From assembly GCA_016650185.1 (NCBI GenBank), contig JAENWE010000043.1, positions 1 to 41,367 of the forward strand: a stretch of DNA of 41,367 nucleotides, in the 5' to 3' direction. This document shows positions 17,377 through 26,053 of the stretch, piece by piece (positions within the stretch are counted from its first letter, which is position 1; every line of letters begins with the position of its first letter). Under the pieces are notes generated by a model. It was not told the DNA's origin and did no database searches. It saw nothing but the letters and a program-made list of their open reading frames with translations. The position numbers were made by a program, and so were the translations under genes. Source of the DNA: Vicinamibacteria bacterium. Its GTDB lineage: Bacteria > Acidobacteriota > Vicinamibacteria > Fen-336 > JAGNNV01.

Positions 17377-18942
17377 ATGCGCCTCCGGCTCGTCACCGGC
17401 CGGGGTCCGGGCCGTATTCGGTTCGGCGGCTCTGTCTCCTCCTCGATCCTCGTTCTCGCCGCTTCCGTATCTTTCGCCCAGCCCGCGCCGATTCCCGGAT
17501 TGCCGCTTTCGGAGGCGGTGCGCCTGACCCTGGAGCGGCAGCCCGGGATCAAACTCGCCGAGGAGCAGTTGAGCTTCGTCAACGGGAGCCTTCAAACCGC
17601 GCTCGGCGCCTTCGACGTGCAGTTCGGTTCGAGGCTGGGGGGCGCCTGGGATCGCGTGCCCCTGGCCTCGGACGCTAGCCGACCCGGGCTGGCGGAGAGC
17701 CGGATCACGAGCTTCAGTTACGTCTCCGAGGCTTCCAAGCTATTCAAGAACGGCCTCCTCATTACACCCTCGATCAGCCTTGCGAGTGGAGACTCGAATC
17801 TCGCCACGTTCACGGAGAGCCGGTCCGTGATCGCCTTCACGCTGCGCCAGCCCCTGCTCCGCGGGCGAGGCGAGGGCGGAGTGGCGGCGGCGTCCACCGC
17901 GGTGGGGCTGGACCGCGACGCGACTGCTTTCGACCTCCGTCACGTCGTGTCTCTGAGCGTCCTCGACACTGTGTACGCCTACTGGAGCTATCTCGCCGCG
18001 GTGGAGCGCATGCGGATCGTCCGGGAATCCGAGGATCGATTCGCCGAACTTCAGGAGCACTCCGAGAAGCTCCTGGAGGCGCGTGAGGTCGCGGCCGTGG
18101 ATTTAAAGCAGCTCAGCGCGAACGTGGCGAGGCGTCGGATCTCCCGGCTTCAAGCCGAGCAAACGGTGTTCGATGCCCGCGTTCGGCTGGGCCTTTCAGT
18201 CGGGCTGGACGCCGCCTCGCTCATTTCGATGGGATCGCCCCAGGACCCCTTCCCTTCGCCGCAGTCCGAAAGTTCGTCAACCGATGTCAGTGCGCTGATT
18301 CAGACGGCGCTGGCCGAGCGAGCCGATCTGCGGGCGGCTCGTCTGCGTCAGGACTCGGTGCGCGTGGCCGTGGGCGCTGCGAAGAACGCGACCCGGGCCA
18401 GCCTGGACCTGGTGGTGGGCACCAGCTACTCGGGAGAGAGCGAGCGGGGGGGGGTGAGAGGCTTCCTCGGCCCCTTGGGCGACAACCTACGGGGCCCGAG
18501 CGCTTCGGCGGCCCTGGTCTTTGAATGGCCGACCAGCAACCGGGCCGCGCTTGGGCGGCTGGCTGAAAACCAGTCCAGCCTTCGCCAATCCGGCATCGCC
18601 CTCGCCGATCTGGAGCGGGTGATCGGCGCTCGTGTGGCCCTTGCCGTCAACAACGTGGAGAAAAGCGCCGCTCGCCTTTCCACTGCCCGGGAATCGTGCG
18701 ACCTGTACCGCGAGGCGCTCGCGGCGGAGAGACAGCGCCTGCAGATCGGCATCAGCAGCGTACTCGACGTGATCAACACCGAAGACCGGCTGAACGAAAG
18801 CCTGCTGGAGGCGGTCTCGGCTGAACTGGACTACGCCCAGTCCGTCGCCGCCTTGCGTTTCGAAACCGGCACCCTCGTCCAGCAGACGGCGAATGGAGAC
18901 GAAATCGATTTTGCCTCATTGACGACCCCGCCGCGGCACTGA
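17377..18942 (+). CDS. TolC-like outer membrane efflux protein
   Basis: I trimmed the start to ATG 17377. The signal-like N-terminus is SSILVLAASVSFAQP. Two OEP-type repeats are visible (LSEAVRLTLERQPGIKLAEEQL... and ALIQTALAERADLRAARLRQD...). The gene is divergent from the devBCCA-type operon. Confidence 0.82.
   Translation: MRLRLVTGRGPGRIRFGGSVSSSILVLAASVSFAQPAPIPGLPLSEAVRLTLERQPGIKLAEEQLSFVNGSLQTALGAFDVQFGSRLGGAWDRVPLASDASRPGLAESRITSFSYVSEASKLFKNGLLITPSISLASGDSNLATFTESRSVIAFTLRQPLLRGRGEGGVAAASTAVGLDRDATAFDLRHVVSLSVLDTVYAYWSYLAAVERMRIVRESEDRFAELQEHSEKLLEAREVAAVDLKQLSANVARRRISRLQAEQTVFDARVRLGLSVGLDAASLISMGSPQDPFPSPQSESSSTDVSALIQTALAERADLRAARLRQDSVRVAVGAAKNATRASLDLVVGTSYSGESERGGVRGFLGPLGDNLRGPSASAALVFEWPTSNRAALGRLAENQSSLRQSGIALADLERVIGARVALAVNNVEKSAARLSTARESCDLYREALAAERQRLQIGISSVLDVINTEDRLNESLLEAVSAELDYAQSVAALRFETGTLVQQTANGDEIDFASLTTPPRH
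18446..18454 (+). repeat. Homopolymeric G9 tract inside the TolC-like CDS
   Basis: Nine consecutive G are read directly at 18446-18454 and encode ..ERGGV... Confidence 0.9.
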
Positions 18943-19114
18943 GTAGGGCGCTCAGCGGCCGCGCGGAGCATCCTGGATCGCGCGAGGGGCCCTTGGTCCT
19001 CTTTTCCGATCACCGGCAGCGGCCCGTCGCAGTCGCTGCGGTCAGCTGGCCGCCCATGCCGAAGCGAGAAAGCTAAGGCATACTTCGCGGCAGGTCCCGA
19101 GTCCTGCCTCCCCG

Positions 19115-19804
19115 GTGATTGCCCTGAAACTCCTGACTACGCTCATCCTCATCCTCATCCTCGTCGTCGTCCTCCTTCTGGGCCTCACGCCGCTGCTGGA
19201 TCGATTCCGACGAACGGTGCTCAGGCGCATCCTCGTGGACGTGACCGACGTTCTGAACCGCCATGACATCGAGTACTGGGCCGACTTCGGAACCCTTCTC
19301 GGCTTGATCCGGCAGGGCGACATCATCCTGGGCGACAAGGATGTCGATCTGTGCGTCCTCGATGCCGAGAGGCCGCGAGTGATGGCGGCGTACGCGGATT
19401 TCGCCGCCCGAGGCTATTGGCTAACGGGTGAAGGCGGGGCTGCGGGCAAACTCATGCGCGTGTTCGACCTTCGCTCGCCCTTCTACGCGGATATCTATCC
19501 TTATCTCGCGAATGGAGAGACGGTCGCGAGCGTGCTCGACCCCCGCGATGACGCGCCCACCCGGCTCGTGAGCGCGAAGGAGAATGTGGCATTCCGCGGC
19601 GCCTTGATTTCAACTCCCCGGGAAGCGGAGCCGCTCCTGGAGTATCGCTACGGCCCTTCCTTCAGGATACCGAGACGGAATGACAAGGGCCGCGCGGGAG
19701 GCGCCGGGCCCTGGCACAGCCTTTCGCAGGATCTGGAGGCGAGCGCTCTTTTCGTCTGGTTCTTCCTCCGCTACGCCCTGGGCGTAAGACCGGGACGCGC
19801 TTGA
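19115..19804 (+). CDS. licD: LicD-family phospho-alcohol (phosphocholine-type) transferase with N-terminal membrane anchor
   Basis: LNRHDIEYWADFGTLLGLIRQGDIILGDKDVDLCVLD matches the LicD core (Y.., GTLLG, D-x-D). The N-terminal hydrophobic helix is LLTTLILILILVVVLLLGL. The start is GTG at 19115, and the TGA overlaps the TTG of the next gene (TTGA at 19801-19804). Confidence 0.78.
   Translation: MIALKLLTTLILILILVVVLLLGLTPLLDRFRRTVLRRILVDVTDVLNRHDIEYWADFGTLLGLIRQGDIILGDKDVDLCVLDAERPRVMAAYADFAARGYWLTGEGGAAGKLMRVFDLRSPFYADIYPYLANGETVASVLDPRDDAPTRLVSAKENVAFRGALISTPREAEPLLEYRYGPSFRIPRRNDKGRAGGAGPWHSLSQDLEASALFVWFFLRYALGVRPGRA
19142..19171 (+). repeat. Short tandem repeats (CTCATC)x3 followed by (GTC)x3 within the licD-like membrane anchor
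   Basis: Read directly from the sequence. The repeats encode LILILILVVV, and the unit lengths are multiples of 3. Confidence 0.85.
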
Positions 19805-21606
19805 GGGCCCTCATCCTCGCTGCGGGTCTCGGCCGACGTCTGGGCGATCTCACCCGCGATCGCACCAAGGCCATGGTCGAAGTAGCCGGCCACCGGCTGA
19901 TCGACCGCGCTCTCGATGCCCTGCTGGCGGCAGGCATTCACGACGTGGTCATTGTCCTTGGACACGGTGCCCCGGGGTTGCGCGCGGCCATCGAGGGTCG
20001 GGGAGGCGACCTCTGCGTGGTGTTCATCGAGAACCCGGTCTACGCGGAAACGAACAACATCTATTCGCTCTGGCTCGCCCGCGAAGTCCTGGCGGAGGGC
20101 GACACCCTTGTTCTTGAGAGCGATCTGATCTTCGACCCCGGGCTCATCGTCGACGTCCTCAACGATGACTCCAAGAGCCTGGCCGTCGTGGCCCCGTTCA
20201 AGCCCTGGATGGACGGGACCGTCACCATCCTCGATCCCAGTGACGACATCGTGAGCCTGCTGCCCCGCGCCGCCTTCGAGTGGCGGGACGCGAGCCGCTA
20301 TTTCAAGACCGTCAATATCTACAAGTTCTCCCGCGGTTTCTCCCGCGATCTCTACCTGCCCTTCCTCGAGGCCTACATTCGCGCCTTCGGACGATCGCGC
20401 TTCTACGAGCAGGTGTTGTCCGTGATCACCGCGATGGGAAAAAGCGAATTGCAGGCGCACCGGACCACCCGGCTCTGGTACGAAATCGATGACGTCGAGG
20501 ACCTGCGCACCGCGGAGACGCTTTTCTCCGCCCCGCAGGACCGACTGCTCAGTTACGCCCGCCGGTTCGGCGGCTTCTGGCGTTTTCCCGGCCTGCTCGA
20601 TGCCTGCTACCTGGTGCATCCCTTCTTTCCGCCTCCAAGACTCCTGGAGGAAATGAAGGCGCAGTTCGACGGGATGGTGACCGCATACCCCTCGGGCATG
20701 GACGTGCAGTGCGAACTCGCGACACGCCTTTTCCCGGTGAGACCCTCTCAGCTTCTCGTGGGCAATGGCGCGTCCGAACTGATCCGCTCTCTGCGCCGGG
20801 TATTGCCCGGTCCGTGGTGCGTGCCCGTACCGACCTTCGAGGAATACCTCGCGCATGGAGAAAGCAACGTTGTCATCGATACATCGGGCGCCGGCTTCAC
20901 GCCCGATCCGTCGCAGCTGGAGACGCTTGCAGGCGGAGCTCGAGTCCTCGCTCTGGCGAATCCCAACAATCCCACGGGGCGGCTGTTGACGGCGCCCGAG
21001 GTGGCTGCGCAGGTGGAGGTGACGCGCCGACTCGGGATGCGCCTGATCCTCGACGAGTCGTTCATCGACTTCGCGGTAGACGCGGACACCCTCTCCCTCC
21101 TGAGCGCAGAATTGCTTGACCAGAACCCCCACGTGATCGTGTTACGCAGCCTGGGCAAGAGCCACGGCGTCGGCGGCCTGCGCCTGGGTGTGGTGGCCAC
21201 CGGGGACAAGGACCTCCTCGCCAACGTTCGCGCCGACCTGCCCATCTGGAACGTGGGTTCTTTGGCGGAAGGATTTCTTCAGGTGGCGCCGCGCCACCAC
21301 GAGGCCTATCGGGACGCCTGCCGGCGCCTGGCCGCGGAGAGGACGCGCTTGAGCGCGGCCCTCGATCTTCTGCCGGGCGTTCGCGTGTTTCCATCGCATG
21401 CGAACTTCCTTCTTGTGGCCTTGCCGGTGATGGCCACTCCCGTGGTGAACCGCCTCCTCGAGGGCTTCGAGATCCTCATCAAGGACCTCACGGGCAAGGC
21501 TGGTCTTGGAGGCGGCCGCTTCGTGCGGATCGCCGTTCGCACCGAGCAGGAGAACGACCGACTCCTGGTCGCCCTGGAGACTCTGCTGGCGCAAGAACGC
21601 GCCTGA
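19801..21606 (+). CDS. Bifunctional LicC-like cytidylyltransferase / class I-II PLP-dependent enzyme (HisC/CobD-type)
   Basis: The N-terminal ~240 aa carry ALILAAGLGRRLGDLTRDRTKAMVEV, NNIYSLWLAREVL and WYEIDDVEDLRTAE, which parallel S. pneumoniae LicC motifs. The C-terminal ~350 aa carry LLVGNGASELI, LALANPNNPTGRLL, LILDESFIDF and the PLP-Lys in LRSLGKSHGVGGLRLGV. Confidence 0.82.
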   Translation: MRALILAAGLGRRLGDLTRDRTKAMVEVAGHRLIDRALDALLAAGIHDVVIVLGHGAPGLRAAIEGRGGDLCVVFIENPVYAETNNIYSLWLAREVLAEGDTLVLESDLIFDPGLIVDVLNDDSKSLAVVAPFKPWMDGTVTILDPSDDIVSLLPRAAFEWRDASRYFKTVNIYKFSRGFSRDLYLPFLEAYIRAFGRSRFYEQVLSVITAMGKSELQAHRTTRLWYEIDDVEDLRTAETLFSAPQDRLLSYARRFGGFWRFPGLLDACYLVHPFFPPPRLLEEMKAQFDGMVTAYPSGMDVQCELATRLFPVRPSQLLVGNGASELIRSLRRVLPGPWCVPVPTFEEYLAHGESNVVIDTSGAGFTPDPSQLETLAGGARVLALANPNNPTGRLLTAPEVAAQVEVTRRLGMRLILDESFIDFAVDADTLSLLSAELLDQNPHVIVLRSLGKSHGVGGLRLGVVATGDKDLLANVRADLPIWNVGSLAEGFLQVAPRHHEAYRDACRRLAAERTRLSAALDLLPGVRVFPSHANFLLVALPVMATPVVNRLLEGFEILIKDLTGKAGLGGGRFVRIAVRTEQENDRLLVALETLLAQERA

Positions 21607-21616
21607 TCGAGATCTG

Positions 21617-23383
21617 GTGGCGACGATTCTCCTGAGCTACGCCGCCGGCGCCGCGGTTCACGCTTCCAACCAGCGCACGCTTCTAGCCTCCGCAAGATCC
21701 ATCGGAGGGTTCGACCGCATCCAGGCGCACGGCCCCCTGGCCGCCGATCATCCCCTCCGCCTTGCCCATCGGGACATCTTCGAAGGCCACGAGGGCGCCG
21801 GATACTGGTTGTGGAAGCCTCAGGTCATTCTGCAGGCTCTCGAGTCCGGGTCGCCTGGCGACATCGTCGTGTATGTCGATTCGGGAGCGCGCCTGCGGCG
21901 CTCGCTTGCGCCTCTCATCGCCCTGGCGCGAGCACACGACGCGGTGCTCTTCCTGAACGATCATGCCAACGCGCCCTACACGAAGCGCGATGCCTACATC
22001 CTCACGGGTACTGATGTCGCGGATTGTCATGGGACGAAACAACTGGACGCGGCCTTCATGCTGTGGCGCAACACGGCAAGGAGCCGCCGTCTGGTTTCCG
22101 AGTGGCTCCGCGTGTGCCGGGACGCACGCGCGCTCACCGATCAGCCCGGCGCCTGCGGCCTTCCGGAGCTTCCTTCTTTCCGAGCCCATCGACACGACCA
22201 GGCGCTTCTCAGCCTTCTGGTTTTTCGGGATCGTCAGGACCTTTCCCTGGCCCTGCTTCCTCGTCGGGTGAAGTACCGTTTTCTCGAGCACCATCGCCGC
22301 CGGATCGCGTGGCTGCCGATTGCTTTGTGGCACGCCACCCACGATGCGGCGTGGGAGACTCGACGGAGGGTGGCTCGGCGACGTGATGTGCGCCACCGCC
22401 GCGGCCTGGGCCTCGCGAAGAGGCTTCAAGGCGATCCGTGCCGGATGCAGCGCCTCTCCGACAGACGTCTTTATTCCACGGTGGATCACTGCCTTTCCTT
22501 TCTCCGGACCCTTCCCGAGGCCCCACCGCGCGAAGGCCCCCCCGAACCCGTCCACTTCTATTGGGATGGTCCGGGTTTCGGGGCGAAGCCCGCGCTCTGT
22601 CTGCGTTCCTTCCTGGCGACCCAGGATTCGCGTCGCGTGCGTCCATGGCTGTGGTTGGCGCATTCGCGGGCCTGGGACGAGCGGGCCGTGAACCCTCACC
22701 TCATTCCCCTTCTGCCGCATATCGAGGCGCGTCGATTTGACCTCGCGACGCTCGCTCAAGGCACACCGCTCGCCGCCGAAAGTTGGCCGACCGGACTTCA
22801 GCCCGCCGCGGCCTCGGACCTCGCTCGCCTGCTTTGCACGTTCCACCACGGCGGCTTCTACTCCGACCTCGACGCGGTTTTCCTTCGAGACCTGGGACCG
22901 TTGCTGAACCTTACCGGCGGCCGGGATTTCGGCTTTCAGTGGTCCCTCACCCGGCGAGGCACTAACGCATTCTGCCGCCACGCCCGGAACAGCCCGCTTC
23001 TTCTGGACCTGATGAACCGGGTTCGCGAGACCGGCTCGGGTCATCCCGAGCATCTCTTCGACTTCGAAACCGGACCGAGCGAGATGCTCATCCTGCCCGT
23101 TGCCGCGTTCTCTCCGGCCTGGCTCGTGGTGGATGGTCACGACCAAAGCGCGTTCTCACCTTTCACCCGATTCGATGACTTCTTCGCCCCCCGACCTCCC
23201 GACGATCCGAGGCGGGCCACAGTCGCGACAATCTTTCCCGGGGCATTCACGTATCACTGGCACGGCCGGTGGGGAGCGCCGGAGGCCGCTTCCTCCTGGG
23301 CCGGGCAACTGGCCGAGGACATCCACCAGAAACTGGCGTCGAAGCTTCGCTCCCCGACATTCGGCCCGCGCTACGGGTCATGA
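21617..23383 (+). CDS. Two-domain putative glycosyltransferase: uncharacterised N-terminal domain plus C-terminal GT32-type (DxD sugar-binding region) domain
   Basis: The C-terminal half carries HFYWDGPGFGAKPALCLRSF and AASDLARLLCTFHHGGFYSDLDAVFLRDL, which is the GT32/Gly_transf_sug pattern. The N-terminal half (GYWLWKPQVILQAL, IVVYVDSGARL, HRHDQALLS) is not confidently assigned. I chose GTG 21617, just after the upstream stop, as the start; the track ORF starts at 21506. Confidence 0.7.
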   Translation: MATILLSYAAGAAVHASNQRTLLASARSIGGFDRIQAHGPLAADHPLRLAHRDIFEGHEGAGYWLWKPQVILQALESGSPGDIVVYVDSGARLRRSLAPLIALARAHDAVLFLNDHANAPYTKRDAYILTGTDVADCHGTKQLDAAFMLWRNTARSRRLVSEWLRVCRDARALTDQPGACGLPELPSFRAHRHDQALLSLLVFRDRQDLSLALLPRRVKYRFLEHHRRRIAWLPIALWHATHDAAWETRRRVARRRDVRHRRGLGLAKRLQGDPCRMQRLSDRRLYSTVDHCLSFLRTLPEAPPREGPPEPVHFYWDGPGFGAKPALCLRSFLATQDSRRVRPWLWLAHSRAWDERAVNPHLIPLLPHIEARRFDLATLAQGTPLAAESWPTGLQPAAASDLARLLCTFHHGGFYSDLDAVFLRDLGPLLNLTGGRDFGFQWSLTRRGTNAFCRHARNSPLLLDLMNRVRETGSGHPEHLFDFETGPSEMLILPVAAFSPAWLVVDGHDQSAFSPFTRFDDFFAPRPPDDPRRATVATIFPGAFTYHWHGRWGAPEAASSWAGQLAEDIHQKLASKLRSPTFGPRYGS

Positions 23384-24240
23384 TCGCGACGCTCGAGAAG
23401 TTGTATGGAACCTACCTGGGCGGCTGGGCCCGCTTCCGCCGAGAGCATTTCACGGTGTTCGCGGGTCCGCGCGAAGGGCCTCTCGCGGCGGTCGATGCGC
23501 CGCCCTGGAGCTACTTCGCCGACCCTTTTCCCTGGGTTCACGCGGGCGAGCCTTGGCTCCTGATGGAGGAATTCCAGTACTTCAAGAACCACGGTCGCTT
23601 GATCACCCGTCGCCTCTCGGGTGGACCCTCCGAGGAGATTCACCTCGATGGCCGAGGCCATGCCTCGTTTCCCTGTGTGTTCGAGATCGATGGAGAGCTT
23701 CACCTGCTGCCGGAAACAGGCGAGGACGGAACCCTGGATCTGTATGTGTGCGAGCGTTTTCCCGATCGTTGGCGGCTCCGCCACCGGCTGCTGAGGGATG
23801 TCGACGCGGCGGATTCGGTTCCCCTCTTCCATGACGGCCGGTGGTGGGTCATCAGCTCGCTCCGTGAGTCGAAGGCGGACGGCGGCCATCGTTCTCTCGG
23901 GATTTTCCAGTGCGAAGATCTGCGGACCGACGCTCCAGCCCCTCATCCTGTGAACCGCGAGCGCCGCTACGTGGATTCTCCATACTCCTATGGCCGGAGC
24001 GCGGGCCCCATCCACGTATCCAGGGAACTTACGATGTTCCGTCCCATTCAGATAAGCCGGAAGGTCTATGGAGAAGCTCTAGGCTGGACCCGCATCGACC
24101 TCCTCTCCGCGACACAATTCGTAGAAACGCTCTGCGAGAAGGCGCCTTCCGAGGTTGGCCAGTTGCCGGGGCACCCCCTGCACCATGTCGCAGGGCATGG
24201 CCCATGGCTCGCCTGCGACACCCGCGACCGCAGGCCCTGA
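23380..24240 (+). CDS. Conserved hypothetical protein, GH43-like beta-propeller-type family often found in polysaccharide loci
   Basis: The translation MIATLEKLYG... contains WSYFADPFPWVHAGEPWLLMEEFQY, HASFPCVFEIDGELHLLPE and LDLYVCERFPDRW. I recognise this pattern from an uncharacterised family in glycan clusters, and I cannot verify the family name. The ATG overlaps the upstream TGA (ATGA at 23380-23383). Confidence 0.6.
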   Translation: MIATLEKLYGTYLGGWARFRREHFTVFAGPREGPLAAVDAPPWSYFADPFPWVHAGEPWLLMEEFQYFKNHGRLITRRLSGGPSEEIHLDGRGHASFPCVFEIDGELHLLPETGEDGTLDLYVCERFPDRWRLRHRLLRDVDAADSVPLFHDGRWWVISSLRESKADGGHRSLGIFQCEDLRTDAPAPHPVNRERRYVDSPYSYGRSAGPIHVSRELTMFRPIQISRKVYGEALGWTRIDLLSATQFVETLCEKAPSEVGQLPGHPLHHVAGHGPWLACDTRDRRP

Positions 24241-24276
24241 CCGGACAAAGGACCATCTGGAGTACGCTCGCACCGA

Positions 24277-25113
24277 ATGGCGCATTACGACACCATTCTC
24301 GCGTCGTTTCGAAGTCTGCGACGGCTGGGCCGCGACCCCGAGTATCGCCGCGCCTCGGCGTTCTCCTTCATCTACGGACTGTATCCTCGGCGTCGCCCTT
24401 CTTGGGTCACGATCAATGGAGTCCGAACCCACTTTTGTGACGCATCGTCGTTCACTCACCAGTACGAGGAGATATTCGCGAATCGCACCTACGAGTTTGC
24501 GACCGACAATCCTCACCCCCTGATCCTCGATCTTGGCGCCAACGTCGGAGTGAGCGTGCTCTTCTTCAAGAGCCGCTACCCCGGGGCGCGCGTGATCGCC
24601 TACGAAGCCGACCCCAAGGTTTTCGACTTTCTCCGGCGCAATGTCCTGGCTCATCGGCTCGCTGGCGTCGAGATCCACAACGTGGCGGTCTGGACCGAAC
24701 GGGGAGAAATCCCGTTTGAGTCCGACGGCGCCGACGCGGGACGACTGGGGGAGCGAATGGGCAAGGCGGGGTCGATCGTCGTACCGACCGTTCCCATCGC
24801 GGAGATCCTCCTCGGCCACGAGCGGATCGACTTTCTGAAGCTCGACATCGAAGGCGCCGAGGATGATGTCCTTCCGGCTTGCGACGGTTTGCTCGGTCGC
24901 GTTGACAACCTCTTCCTCGAGTATCACTCGACCACTTCGCGGCCGCAGAAACTCGACGAACTCGTGGGGATGCTCAAACGGGCGGGGTTCCGGCTCTCAA
25001 TCGCTCCGGAGTACGCCCTTCCCGCACCGTTTCTTAAGAGACCCCACGAGCGGCACTTCGACCTTCAGCTGAATATTTCGGCCTATCGCCCGATACCCGC
25101 GACATCGCAATAA
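24277..25113 (+). CDS. FkbM-family SAM-dependent methyltransferase
   Basis: Motifs are ILDLGANVGVSVLFF, VIAYEADPKVFDFLRRNV and IDFLKLDIEGAEDDVL (the FkbM signature). Confidence 0.85.
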   Translation: MAHYDTILASFRSLRRLGRDPEYRRASAFSFIYGLYPRRRPSWVTINGVRTHFCDASSFTHQYEEIFANRTYEFATDNPHPLILDLGANVGVSVLFFKSRYPGARVIAYEADPKVFDFLRRNVLAHRLAGVEIHNVAVWTERGEIPFESDGADAGRLGERMGKAGSIVVPTVPIAEILLGHERIDFLKLDIEGAEDDVLPACDGLLGRVDNLFLEYHSTTSRPQKLDELVGMLKRAGFRLSIAPEYALPAPFLKRPHERHFDLQLNISAYRPIPATSQ

Positions 25114-26039
25114 GCGACCTCGTCCCCCAGGAGCATCGTCCAGGGAAGGGATTCGTTGAACTCGAGTGCGCAATCCGAGAGCGATGAGCGGTTCTTGAGC
25201 AGGTGGGCGCAACGGGACAGGAGCAGGCAGGTGAGGACGGCGGTACGACCTTTTTCGAAGGGGGAAAAGCGCGGGTCGTGGTGGACGCCTCCTCGGGAAC
25301 GGGTCGACGCGTCGGCCATCGGCGAGTTGGCCAGGGAACAGATGCGGCTGCCATAGCGGCGGGTCGCCCACTCCAAGAACTCCGCCTGGTCCGTGGCCAC
25401 GAAGATCTTCGGACGATGCGGCGCATGGTGCTGAAGCAAGCGCTCAATCTGCCGTCCGTATCCCTCAAAAGACGGCCTCTGGGTGGGGAAATGGGTGCTC
25501 TTGTCCGTACCACGGAAGTGGACACCCAGGACGAAGTCCGCGCCCGTCGTGTACTCCCGCAGGTGTTCGTCCACCTGGTCGACCATCCAAGGCTGTACAC
25601 GGATGTGGCGCCTGGTGAGGCGTCGGCACTCGCGAAGGGATTCAGCCGCGCCCAGGGGGTAGGGCTGCCGAACGCTGTTCGTGGGGACGGCGAGAGCCGT
25701 CCACGATTCATTGAAGAAATGCGGACCGTAACAGTGCCATCCGCGGCAATGCACTTCCTCAACCGGGTCGCGGCCTTCTTTTAAGGGCATGAGTTTGCTG
25801 AAGAAATAGGCCCACCAGTTGGGCCCGCGCGCGGCATCCAGGTAGTACGCGTTGTTGAATCGAACGAGCACCTCACTTGCCTCCTGTGCCTCCGCGAACT
25901 TGAGGGCGCCCAGAACCGCATGGAACTCCGAGAACAATCCCTGGGCCTGGGCGAGACGTCCTCCAAACGGGGAATCCACACGGCTATAGACGACCAGCCG
26001 GCGGTCGCGAACGCGTGGAAGCGGCAGGAGGGAATACAA
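25083..26039 (-). CDS. GT23-like (NodZ/FUT8-type) fucosyltransferase-family glycosyltransferase
   Basis: LGVHFRGTDK, IFVATDQAEFLEW and AVLTCLLLSRCAHLLKNRSSLSDCALE parallel the three FUT8/NodZ motifs (GVHVRRTDK, VYLATDDPSLL, DIHFLSQADFLVCTFSSQV). The start is TTG at 26039. The 3' end overlaps the convergent FkbM gene by 31 nt. Confidence 0.68.
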   Translation of the reverse strand: MYSLLPLPRVRDRRLVVYSRVDSPFGGRLAQAQGLFSEFHAVLGALKFAEAQEASEVLVRFNNAYYLDAARGPNWWAYFFSKLMPLKEGRDPVEEVHCRGWHCYGPHFFNESWTALAVPTNSVRQPYPLGAAESLRECRRLTRRHIRVQPWMVDQVDEHLREYTTGADFVLGVHFRGTDKSTHFPTQRPSFEGYGRQIERLLQHHAPHRPKIFVATDQAEFLEWATRRYGSRICSLANSPMADASTRSRGGVHHDPRFSPFEKGRTAVLTCLLLSRCAHLLKNRSSLSDCALEFNESLPWTMLLGDEVAYCDVAGIGR

Positions 26040-26053
26040 AGAGGGTCTCCGAT

